From the NCBI GenBank assembly GCA_963755915.1, contig CAVWLP010000002.1, forward strand, positions 1,408,001-1,472,000: DNA of 64,000 nt. The letters run 5' to 3'. The stretch's first letter is position 1, and each line of letters opens with the position of its first letter. Position numbers and translations under genes: made by a program. The stretch comes from an uncultured Phycisphaerales bacterium (GTDB taxonomy: Bacteria > Planctomycetota > Phycisphaerae > Tepidisphaerales > Tepidisphaeraceae). Under the pieces are notes generated by a model. It was not told the DNA's origin. It was given only the letters and a program-made list of their open reading frames with translations, and made no database searches. Positions 40,708 through 48,372 of this stretch are shown here, piece by piece.

Positions 40708-41616
40708 ATGGATCCACCGCCTCTTCCGGCTTTATCGCCGCCTCCGTTTCCACTTCCCAGTGCGCCGCCGGCGGAGTTTGTGATTGAAGACACTCCGTGT
40801 CGGAAGTGTTCTTATAATTTGCGTACGCAGCCGGTGGCCGGAAAGTGCCCGGAGTGTGGAACGCCGGTGGCCATGTCCGTCCACGGCGATCTGCTCCGAT
40901 ATTCTGAGCCTCCGTGGGTGAAAAATCTGGGGGTCGGGGCAAAGCTTTTGCTGATCGGCATTTTTCTGGCGATCGGCTTGACCATCCTGGGCGTCGTGCT
41001 CGGGGCGATGCGAATGTTCAGCCCCGCCGGCGCCCGGGCGGTCTTCCGTTTGATCGCGCTTGGGGCGAGCGTGGTTGGGTGGGCGGGATCGTGGCTGCTG
41101 ACCGAGCGCGATCCCAGCGGCGTGGGGGAGGATCAATACGGAAACGTCCGAAAATTCATTCGCATTACGCTGCTCTTCGGGGTGGCCAGTGCGTTCGTGG
41201 AGTCTGTCTTCAGATTTACGACGATGGCGCCCGCGCTGAGCGCCGCGTTTGGCGTCGTCACCGGAGTGCTGGCCCTGATCGGCGTCGCCGGCGACTGGGC
41301 GCTGCTTCAATATCTGGCGAAGCTGGCGCTGCGGATTCCCGATCAGTCGCTTTCGCTGCAGGCGGAAACCCTGAAGGTCTGGCTGTGCGGCTCCTATGCG
41401 ATTTACCTCGTTTTCGGAATCATCCAAAGCATTATCTTCGCAACCCGCGGCGCTGCCGGCTTCGGCGGGGGAGGCATCATGGCGGTGACCTGTGGCGGGG
41501 CGATTGTGGGACTGGTGCTTTTTATACAGGTGATCAGGTTTATCGTCATGATTGACCGGTTTCGAACCGCGTTCAAGGAGCAGGCGCAAATGGCGCAGGA
41601 GATTTGGGGTAACTAA
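40708..41616 (+). CDS. Zn-ribbon (CxxC-YNLR..CPECG) multi-pass membrane protein
   Basis: CRKCSYNLRT..CPECG followed by about 6 hydrophobic segments. Confidence 0.8.
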   Translation: MDPPPLPALSPPPFPLPSAPPAEFVIEDTPCRKCSYNLRTQPVAGKCPECGTPVAMSVHGDLLRYSEPPWVKNLGVGAKLLLIGIFLAIGLTILGVVLGAMRMFSPAGARAVFRLIALGASVVGWAGSWLLTERDPSGVGEDQYGNVRKFIRITLLFGVASAFVESVFRFTTMAPALSAAFGVVTGVLALIGVAGDWALLQYLAKLALRIPDQSLSLQAETLKVWLCGSYAIYLVFGIIQSIIFATRGAAGFGGGGIMAVTCGGAIVGLVLFIQVIRFIVMIDRFRTAFKEQAQMAQEIWGN

Positions 41617-41660
41617 AGGGGTCAGGTTCCGTTTCTGAGGAAACGGAACCTGACCCCTTT
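41615..41660. terminator. Long perfect hairpin between convergent genes (bidirectional terminator / REP)
   Basis: AAAGGGGTCAGGTTCCGTTTC / GAAACGGAACCTGACCCCTTT. Confidence 0.85.
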
Positions 41661-41683
41661 TCTCTGACGATTTTGCCGGTCGG

Positions 41684-41926
41684 TTAATTCAACCGCGCGG
41701 CACGTTCATCCCGCGTCTTGTTCGCCGCCCGACTGATCTGGTCGGCGGCATTGTTTGCAAGATTCGCCGCCTCATCCGCGGCCCGGTTGGCTGCATTTGC
41801 GCGTTCATCCGCGGCCCGGTTGGCTGCTTTGGTCCGTTCATCCGCGGCCTTGTTGGCGGCGTTGGTCCGTTCGTCCGCTGCCTTGTTGGCCGCATGTTTC
41901 GCGGCCTGATCTTCTGCGGGGTTCAT
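41684..41926 (-). CDS. Small Ala-rich protein of 11-aa repeats (LEA-like)
   Basis: Six ANxAADExxxA-type units; AAGGTG RBS. Confidence 0.7.
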   Translation of the reverse strand: MNPAEDQAAKHAANKAADERTNAANKAADERTKAANRAADERANAANRAADEAANLANNAADQISRAANKTRDERAARLN

Positions 41927-41990
41927 TGTTTCACCTTTTCGTAATCGATGCCGCCATCGCCGGCGATGCGTCGAACGACAAGCCGGTTTA

Positions 41991-42341
41991 CTATCGCGCT
42001 CGCCTGAAAGCCCAAAACATTCGATCCACCGCTTCGCTGTTTTCGCGATTCAGGCGGTCTTCAGGCTGTTGGGAGAATTGCACGTCGCGGCGCCAGTCAT
42101 CGAATTCCCCTCGCCGTCCGTCCGCGCACACCACGCTGTCCAGGTGCCGCGAGCGCGTCTTATCGGTGAATATCACCAATTTCCAGCCCTCAACCAAAAA
42201 CTCAACGGTCTCATCCGTCCAATATTGGTACGGATTCTTGAGCTTCGGAACCGACCGGCCGGTTGCCACGTTACGCAGAAGCCCCAGCGCTTCATCCGAC
42301 GTCACGGTCGTCAATTTCACTTTTTGGTTTGATATCGACAT
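41991..42341 (-). CDS. Hypothetical protein
   Basis: ATG overlaps upstream stop (TGATG). Confidence 0.65.
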   Translation of the reverse strand: MSISNQKVKLTTVTSDEALGLLRNVATGRSVPKLKNPYQYWTDETVEFLVEGWKLVIFTDKTRSRHLDSVVCADGRRGEFDDWRRDVQFSQQPEDRLNRENSEAVDRMFWAFRRAR

Positions 42342-42682
42342 CAGCGTCCTTTCCGCGTCCACCAGATGACGATGCCCGCGCCGATCGCCGCGCCGAGGAG
42401 CACCGCGGTTTTGGGATGGTCGCGCACGCTGCGCTCGAAACTCTTCTCCACCGAGCGAGCCTTGGCGCGGGTGCGGTTGAAGGAATGGCGCGCGTATTGC
42501 CCAACGTCTTCCAAACTGTTCCGCACAGCTCCGGCCGCCTGCCCGGCCGCTTCGTGCACCGCGTGAGCCGTGCTTCGAACGCTTCCGCCCACACTTTGGG
42601 CTGCAGATCGGATGCCGTCCGCGACACTGTCCACGACATCTGCCGTTTGGTGCGCGATTGTTTGATCGTCATCTGGTTTCAT
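42341..42682 (-). CDS. DUF883/ElaB/YqjD-like tail-anchored protein
   Basis: Helical repeats then VRDHPKTAVLLGAAIGAGIVIWW. Confidence 0.8.
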   Translation of the reverse strand: MKPDDDQTIAHQTADVVDSVADGIRSAAQSVGGSVRSTAHAVHEAAGQAAGAVRNSLEDVGQYARHSFNRTRAKARSVEKSFERSVRDHPKTAVLLGAAIGAGIVIWWTRKGR

Positions 42683-42862
42683 GATTCATTCCAAAAAAAA
42701 GCAAACTGGTTTACCGTGCAGCGACCTGCGACCGCGCCACAGTGTGCCGATGTTCTGGTGTTCGCATATCTCCTCCGGAAGACACGTCGCGGAATACCAA
42801 CAGCAATCCCGACACCAACCCACACCCGGCACAAAGGGCACGTTCGCTAAAAATAAAGGGCG

Positions 42863-43081
42863 TTAGGCGTTTTTCGCACCCGCGCCGAATACGACCATGA
42901 GCAGCCCGACCAGTCCGGCCGCGCCGCCGCCGAAGATGTACCACGCCGTCGCCTGGGTAAATTTCCCGGTGAACGTATTGCTGATCTGGTCCGCCGCCGA
43001 GTGGGACGCGTTCATCCCGACGATCAGCAAGGCGATTCCCGCCACCAGCAGGACGATTCCGAAAACACGTTGCATACTCAT
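42863..43081 (-). CDS. DUF3185 family small membrane protein
   Basis: GIVLLVAGIALL..NASHSAADQISNTFTG..TAWYIFGG; GGAGG RBS. Confidence 0.8.
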   Translation of the reverse strand: MSMQRVFGIVLLVAGIALLIVGMNASHSAADQISNTFTGKFTQATAWYIFGGGAAGLVGLLMVVFGAGAKNA

Positions 43082-43128
43082 AACTGCCTCCAATTTCTAA
43101 AAAAGAGTTCCAAATTTCGTGGACGGTC

Positions 43129-43410
43129 TCACGTTGTATCTGCTACCGCCAGCGATAAATGCAATTCCGGACCGTCGCCGGCGCGTTGATCGGCGCTTAT
43201 GAGCAGGCTTCGTGGAAATGCGAATCGCTCCCACGAACAACTGTTGCATTTTTCGCAACGCTCCCCCCGCGGAATTCGTGCAGCCATCGGCTCAAAGCCG
43301 CATGCCCGGCACTGCAACCGATAGGGAAAGACCGCGCTTCGCCATCCGTCCGAGACCGGTAATTCCGGCCCCTGTTCATCTGATCCAAATGGCTCCATCG
43401 CAATCGACAT
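43129..43410 (-). CDS. Small Zn-ribbon hypothetical protein
   Basis: CRACG..CEKC; GGAGG RBS. Confidence 0.6.
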   Translation of the reverse strand: MSIAMEPFGSDEQGPELPVSDGWRSAVFPYRLQCRACGFEPMAARIPRGERCEKCNSCSWERFAFPRSLLISADQRAGDGPELHLSLAVADTT

Positions 43411-43438
43411 AGGGACCTCCATTCCCCCAGGGGGTAAC

Positions 43439-43642
43439 TCAGTGGGCGACCGATGGCGCCGTGCTGTGCATTCGCTGCCATACTTCCCAGCGGTTGATGT
43501 GAATGCCGGCAGTTGCCTCAAAGCCCAGGCGCACCGTTGTCTTCTTAATCTCAATCACGGTGACTTTGAGCGCCGACTCAATGGGGCCGATGGGATCTCC
43601 CACGACGACCGATTCGCTGTTCCTTCTCGATAGAACCAACAT
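43439..43642 (-). CDS. csrA: Carbon storage regulator CsrA-family RNA-binding protein
   Basis: MLVLSRR..ESVVVG..VTVIEI..VRLGFEA..INRWEV; AAGGAG RBS. Confidence 0.9.
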   Translation of the reverse strand: MLVLSRRNSESVVVGDPIGPIESALKVTVIEIKKTTVRLGFEATAGIHINRWEVWQRMHSTAPSVAH

Positions 43643-43737
43643 GACGATACTCCTTTTCTTCGGCCGATCGCTCGGCTTAACGGAAGATGGCTCGAAGCGT
43701 CAGCAACGTCGCGGTAAGAAGCCCGGCCGGCCGGCCG

Positions 43738-43970
43738 CTACGACGGGCTGTCTTGCGCGGACACAAAATAAACCCGGTGCTGCGCGCCTTGCACGAGCGT
43801 GTCCGAGACAACGCGGCCGTTGATTGTGACCGTGTTGGTCTTCGGATCCACGGTAACCGCTTCATTCGCTCGCAGCGGACCGGAATAATCGATGCGATCG
43901 TTTGTCACGTCATACACCCAGATCCTGCCATACGTCGGCGCGGCTCCTTGATAAATGAAACACTCAGTCC
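43738..43970 (-). CDS. Small beta-rich hypothetical protein or remnant (start unclear)
   Basis: GRIWVYDVTNDRIDYSGPL..VTVDPKTNTVTINGRVV; no clear start after the leader terminator. Confidence 0.4.
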
Positions 43971-43997
43971 GTTGTTCAAAACGATGCTCTGAAAAAC

Positions 43998-44110
43998 AAA
44001 AAAACCGACGCAATCCGAATCCCGGAGTTTCGGGATCCAATTGCGTCGGCTTACTTGTTAACGGGTCTTCCAGCTTTTGGCAGGAATACCCTTCATTGAG
44101 TCATCCGAAG
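43998..44110 (-). promoter_or_regulatory. Structured leader RNA with intrinsic terminator, copy A
   Basis: UCGGAUGACUCAAU-stem-AGUAAGCCGACG, long terminator stem, U7. Confidence 0.8.
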
Positions 44111-44161
44111 ATATCGCGCTCCGAAGTGAGGCGACGTTTTTTAGGAATCACTAACAAAATC

Positions 44162-44189
44162 ATCATACGCCTGCAAAATCGCATAGCAA
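44162..44189 (-). promoter_or_regulatory. Putative sigma70 promoter feeding leader copy A
   Basis: TTGCTA-N16-TATGAT on the minus strand. Confidence 0.55.
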
Positions 44190-44225
44190 GAAGATTCCCG
44201 TTTATTCGCTATACTATTCTTCTAA

Positions 44226-44603
44226 ATGCAGACTCAAGGCGAAATTGAGAGCGCTATTTCCAGGGGCATGGTGCAGTTCGAGCAGGAATACCTGGGCCGC
44301 GGCCCCAAAGACGTTCGCGTTCACTTGATCGATGAGCTGGTAGTCGTGCGGCTCAAGGGGGTTCTGACCGCCGCCGAGCAGCACCTGGTCAAGACCCTGC
44401 CCGCCGAAAAGGGCCGCGATTTGCTCAAGCAAGTGCGCACCCACCTCATTGAAACCGCCCGGCCGATGATGGAGGCCATGGTGCAGGAAATCACCGGCGT
44501 CAAGGTACTAAGCCTCCATCACGACATCAGCACAGTGACCGGAGAAGAGGTTGTACTCTTCACGCTTGCCGAATCACCTCTGTTCCGCGATAAAAAAAAA
44601 TAG
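44226..44603 (+). CDS. DUF2294 / MpsC family protein
   Basis: GEIESAIS..FEQEYLGRGP..GVLTAAEQHL..LLKQVR..SLHHDISTVTGEEVVLFTL. Confidence 0.9.
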   Translation: MQTQGEIESAISRGMVQFEQEYLGRGPKDVRVHLIDELVVVRLKGVLTAAEQHLVKTLPAEKGRDLLKQVRTHLIETARPMMEAMVQEITGVKVLSLHHDISTVTGEEVVLFTLAESPLFRDKKK

Positions 44604-44741
44604 ATTCGTCGCGGATGGATCAGATGCGCGATTCAGAGCGAAATCCAAACATTTGTTCATTGCAATTACCAGGCCAGCGTCCTACGCTGTAGAGCGATGT
44701 AGGAGTAAATGCCCCCTCCATCATGCAGTGAATACAATTCC

Positions 44742-44847
44742 TCGGATGACTAAATAGCTGGCACCCCGCTCTCCCGGGGGGCCGGTTGCAGAGTATGCCG
44801 ACGTGATTGAATCCCGTATCTCGGGATTGGATTACGTCGGTTTTTTT
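44742..44847 (+). promoter_or_regulatory. Structured leader RNA with intrinsic terminator, copy B
   Basis: UCGGAUGACUAAAU-stem-AGUAUGCCGACG, terminator stem, U7. Confidence 0.8.
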
Positions 44848-44887
44848 CTTTGTGTAGTCGGATTCCGAATAGCCGAGAAAGGGCGAC

Positions 44888-45190
44888 ATGCTAAGCACAG
44901 ATGAACTAGCCAACGGCAAAACCTTCGTCCTGAAATTGAAGGACGCAAGCGGAACGTCGTTCCAATGGGTCCAGGTTCTGCGCGGCGCCATCGCCCGGCG
45001 ATGGTACGACATTTACCGGGCCTCCGATTGGGTTGCCTTAAGGCTCGAAGCCGCCGCCGTCTTTCTCAAACCTGTAACCGAGGCCCAGGCCGATCGAAAC
45101 TGCAAGACCGGCCAGTGCATCGTGATCAAAACCGAAGCCGTAAAGGAAAACGAATTGGTGCGCCCACCTGAAAATCTGAAAACGCAATAA
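44888..45190 (+). CDS. Hypothetical protein
   Basis: AAAGGG RBS; first ORF after leader B. Confidence 0.6.
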   Translation: MLSTDELANGKTFVLKLKDASGTSFQWVQVLRGAIARRWYDIYRASDWVALRLEAAAVFLKPVTEAQADRNCKTGQCIVIKTEAVKENELVRPPENLKTQ

Positions 45191-45234
45191 GTTTCGCAGA
45201 TCTTCCGGTTGTTCAGCCACCAGAAAGTAAAAGG

Positions 45235-45648
45235 ATGGACCATTCCACTGATCGATCGATGGCAGAGCAAATCGCCGAGGCGGCGACCGCCTTCCAGCAG
45301 GAACGGACCGGCCACCCCCCCAAATCCGTCAGCGTCGTCCTCAGTGGAGACACCCTCGTTGTCACGCTGCACGGCGCACTTTCCCCCGCTGAGCAGGCAC
45401 TGGCACTCAGCTCCGAAGGCGCGGCCAAGGTGCGCGAGTTTCACCAACAGTTGTTTCTGAATGCTTCCGACACCCTCCGCCAGGAGATCACCCGCATTAC
45501 CGGAATGGATGTGCGCGAGGCCACCGCAGAAGTGGAGCCCACGTCCGGATCCGTCGTCCACGTCTTCACCAGCGGCACGATGGTGCAGGTGTTTCAGCTC
45601 GCCGGCAATGTGCCGACTGGAAGTTTCAACACCACAACCAAGACATGA
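45235..45648 (+). CDS. DUF2294 / MpsC family paralog
   Basis: FQQERTGHPPKSVSVVL..LHGALSPAEQAL..ITRITGMDVRE. Confidence 0.85.
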   Translation: MDHSTDRSMAEQIAEAATAFQQERTGHPPKSVSVVLSGDTLVVTLHGALSPAEQALALSSEGAAKVREFHQQLFLNASDTLRQEITRITGMDVREATAEVEPTSGSVVHVFTSGTMVQVFQLAGNVPTGSFNTTTKT

Positions 45649-45682
45649 AAAGCATCACCTCACTTTCGTCACGGAGACAGCG

Positions 45683-45877
45683 ATGATTCGATTCCTTGGC
45701 AGTCTCGTTGTGCTCTTCGCGATCGTCGCCGGCATCGGATATTACCGCGGCTGGTTCCATTCGGAATCAATAGGTACTCCTGGCCACGATGCCGTCACCG
45801 TCACAGTGGACAAAGACAAGATCAGCCAGGACAAGGCCAGCGCGGAGCAACAGGTTCAGGATCTGACGCACAAATAA
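45683..45877 (+). CDS. Small membrane-anchored protein
   Basis: GGAG RBS; TM then GYYRGWF..VTVDKDKI. Confidence 0.7.
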   Translation: MIRFLGSLVVLFAIVAGIGYYRGWFHSESIGTPGHDAVTVTVDKDKISQDKASAEQQVQDLTHK

Positions 45878-45894
45878 TCAAAAGCATTTCGGTC

Positions 45895-46194
45895 GTGTGC
45901 TTTTCGTCGGAGATAATGATCAACATGGTTGAAACGATTCGCGACACAGGACTGCATTTCACCGAATTCGGTTATGCGCTGATAGCGCTAAGCGAGGAGA
46001 CCGCAACAGCGATTGAAATATCCATGAAGCAGCAGGGGTTCGACTGCGAAGCCTTTGAACGGGAAGGTGCGATTACCCGCGCTAATGACGCCGTTCCCAA
46101 ACAGTGGTGCGTACGCTTTTCAAAAGCGACCGATTTGCAATCCGCCCAGGACGCCATCGATTGCTGGAACAGATCACTTACCCCCGGCGCGTAG
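45895..46194 (+). CDS. Hypothetical protein
   Basis: ORF fills the gap; GGAG before ATG near 45916. Confidence 0.45.
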   Translation: MCFSSEIMINMVETIRDTGLHFTEFGYALIALSEETATAIEISMKQQGFDCEAFEREGAITRANDAVPKQWCVRFSKATDLQSAQDAIDCWNRSLTPGA

Positions 46195-46217
46195 GTCCAC
46201 AAATCCCGGCCCCATAT

Positions 46218-46442
46218 TCAGACACGCCCCGTTTGAACCATTCCCGCCGGCACACTGCCATTCGACAATTCGTCGACCTTCGCCTTCGCATCCGATATGG
46301 AGTCTGCGAACCCGTAACTTCGATCCATGCCGGATTCCCTTCGCGTGATATACCACCGGGAATCCGCGGCATTCGGCTGGTGAAGCTGGGTCAAAACAAA
46401 ACCTCGATATGATGTCCGCTTGATAATGTCTTCGATTTCCAT
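46218..46442 (-). CDS. Small hypothetical protein
   Basis: GAAGGAAAGG RBS; first ORF after leader C. Confidence 0.6.
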   Translation of the reverse strand: MEIEDIIKRTSYRGFVLTQLHQPNAADSRWYITRRESGMDRSYGFADSISDAKAKVDELSNGSVPAGMVQTGRV

Positions 46443-46481
46443 GTGACCTTTCCTTCATCCGATCACGGACGACGCTCGAAT

Positions 46482-46595
46482 AAAAAAAAGCCGACGCGAC
46501 CAAATCCCGAGGCGTCGGGATTCAATTGCGTCGGCTTACTCGCTGACGGGTCCTCCGGCTGTTCGCCGAATTACCCGTCATTTAGTCATCCGAAG
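46482..46595 (-). promoter_or_regulatory. Structured leader RNA with intrinsic terminator, copy C
   Basis: UCGGAUGACUAAAU-stem-AGUAAGCCGACG, terminator stem, U8. Confidence 0.8.
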
Positions 46596-47125
46596 ACTTC
46601 AATATTATCCTGCAAGAGCGGAACTCTTGCCGCTTTAACAACAAATCACCCTACGTTTATCAGCCCGTTAATCAAGACAATTCCCGCAATAATTGACCTT
46701 GGACCGTTTGGGGTGGTTTTTTCAGGGCTGGATTGCCATCTTCAGATTCCCCATTGCTGAAATCGGTTGCCGTCAGGGTAGCGGCGCGAAATCTGCTTGG
46801 CTCACAATCGCAGCTCACGCAAAATGTCAATTGGCCAATATCTATGCGTCAGAAACCGATCGATCACCAATTGCTCTGTGCGGTTACCTCCCCAAATCTG
46901 GCACTGCATTTTTCCCCTTCAGTCTACTAAATTTGCTCCCTCCTAAGGATCGACCCGCGACCAACTTAAGCCTGCCAGTCCTCGATCAACGCTCATAGCT
47001 TTGGGAGTGCACACATGCTCATTCAAAGCAGGCGACCGTGCCGAAATCGTCTCCTCGGAGCACCTGAAGAAACACCAGTAGCCGAATAGCCGTATTTTTT
47101 CGAACGTGCGAAGGGATACCGCATC

Positions 47126-47359
47126 ATGGAAAGCACTAAATCCGCGGCAAGTGACAATCAACACGAGCCCCATCCCGGACCGACCAGAGCCGCGTCAGGC
47201 GCAGAAACCGATGTTGCCCCGGCCCAGCGAATCCCTCCACCGCAGCCGCCATCCGCTTCCGCGCCGCTTAACGGTCCGCCCAAGCCCGACGCACCCCCGC
47301 AACCCACCCCCACTCCGCGCCGGCCAACCCGGCGAAAATGGTTCCTTTTGGCCCTGCTT
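47126..47359 (+). pseudogene. 5' fragment of the EmrA/HlyD adaptor gene split by IS21
   Basis: ...RRKWFLLALL joins in frame to IVVLALAAYFF at 50268 once the IS and one target repeat are removed. Confidence 0.85.
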
Positions 47360-47481
47360 TGTCACGGGGCGCGCCAAAACCAGCCAGGGCGGGGCGCTTC
47401 AAAACCGGCCAATGTGCTGACGTATTCTATACCGCATCCGTTCTATCCGACGCAACTGTTCCTTGAGTTATTGGTCCCCGT

Positions 47482-48372
47482 TCACGCCGTCTGGCCGGCG
47501 GATACCCCCACATCAGAAGACAACGGCGGCTCTGTCACGGTGTCTTCCGGGGGGGAGCACCCTTCATCGCCGGCGGTACTCCGCCGTCCTTTTGGATTTG
47601 TCTTTTCCGGTGTCCCGGATTGGCCTGCCGTGAGCGAAGTCGAATGGCCCCCATGCCGAAGGCGGTAGCTCTTGCCGGTGATGTTGATGATCGTGGCGTG
47701 CTGCAGGAACCGATCCAGAATGGCCGTGGCCGCCGGCACGTCGCCGATCAGCTTGGCCCAGTCCTCCAGTGGACGGTTGCTGGTCATCATCGTCGAGCGG
47801 TTCTCGTGCCGGCGCATGACGATCTCCAGCAGGCATTCGCCGCTGCGCCGCGGAAGCTGCTTCATTCCCATGTCGTCGATGATAAGCAGATCAGGCTTGA
47901 GATACCGGGCCAGCGTCTTGTCCTGGGCTCCCAGATCCTCGTCGCCTAAAAAGTCGCGGGCCAGGTCGAAGATGGATCGGTACAGGACCACCAAGCCGCT
48001 CTTGATCGCCTGGTGTCCGATGGCCTGGGCCAAAAACGATTTGCCCACGCCGGGCGGACCCAGCAAGAGCACGTCACGTTTGTCACGAATGAACTGGCCG
48101 GCGGCCAGATCGTGAATCTGTTTGCGTTTGATGGAGGTGTTGAAGGAGAAGTCGAACTCGTCGAGGTTTTTGGTGTCGCGGAACATCGCCGCCTTGACGC
48201 GCCGGCCGATCTGCCGGCTGGATCGGACGTTCAGTTCATCCTGAAGGATCAGTTCCAAAAACTCACTGTGGTCGAGCCGATTGCCGGCCGCCTCGCTCAG
48301 GCGAACTTCAAGGCTGCTCGCCAGACCTGAAAGCCGAAGTTGCTTGAGCGTCTGCATCAACGAAGGTCTCAT
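47482..48372 (-). CDS. istB: IS21 helper ATPase IstB
   Basis: LKQLRLSG, FDFSFN, GPPGVGKS, LLIIDDMG, TSNRP, AILDRF. Confidence 0.95.
   Translation of the reverse strand: MRPSLMQTLKQLRLSGLASSLEVRLSEAAGNRLDHSEFLELILQDELNVRSSRQIGRRVKAAMFRDTKNLDEFDFSFNTSIKRKQIHDLAAGQFIRDKRDVLLLGPPGVGKSFLAQAIGHQAIKSGLVVLYRSIFDLARDFLGDEDLGAQDKTLARYLKPDLLIIDDMGMKQLPRRSGECLLEIVMRRHENRSTMMTSNRPLEDWAKLIGDVPAATAILDRFLQHATIINITGKSYRLRHGGHSTSLTAGQSGTPEKTNPKGRRSTAGDEGCSPPEDTVTEPPLSSDVGVSAGQTA

Noticed and set aside
43955-46760. ORFs 43955-44248, 44620-45012 and 46443-46760 sharing KK..VG(L/I)L..P-like peptides
   Set aside because: They are antisense translations of the leader RNA copies, not a protein family
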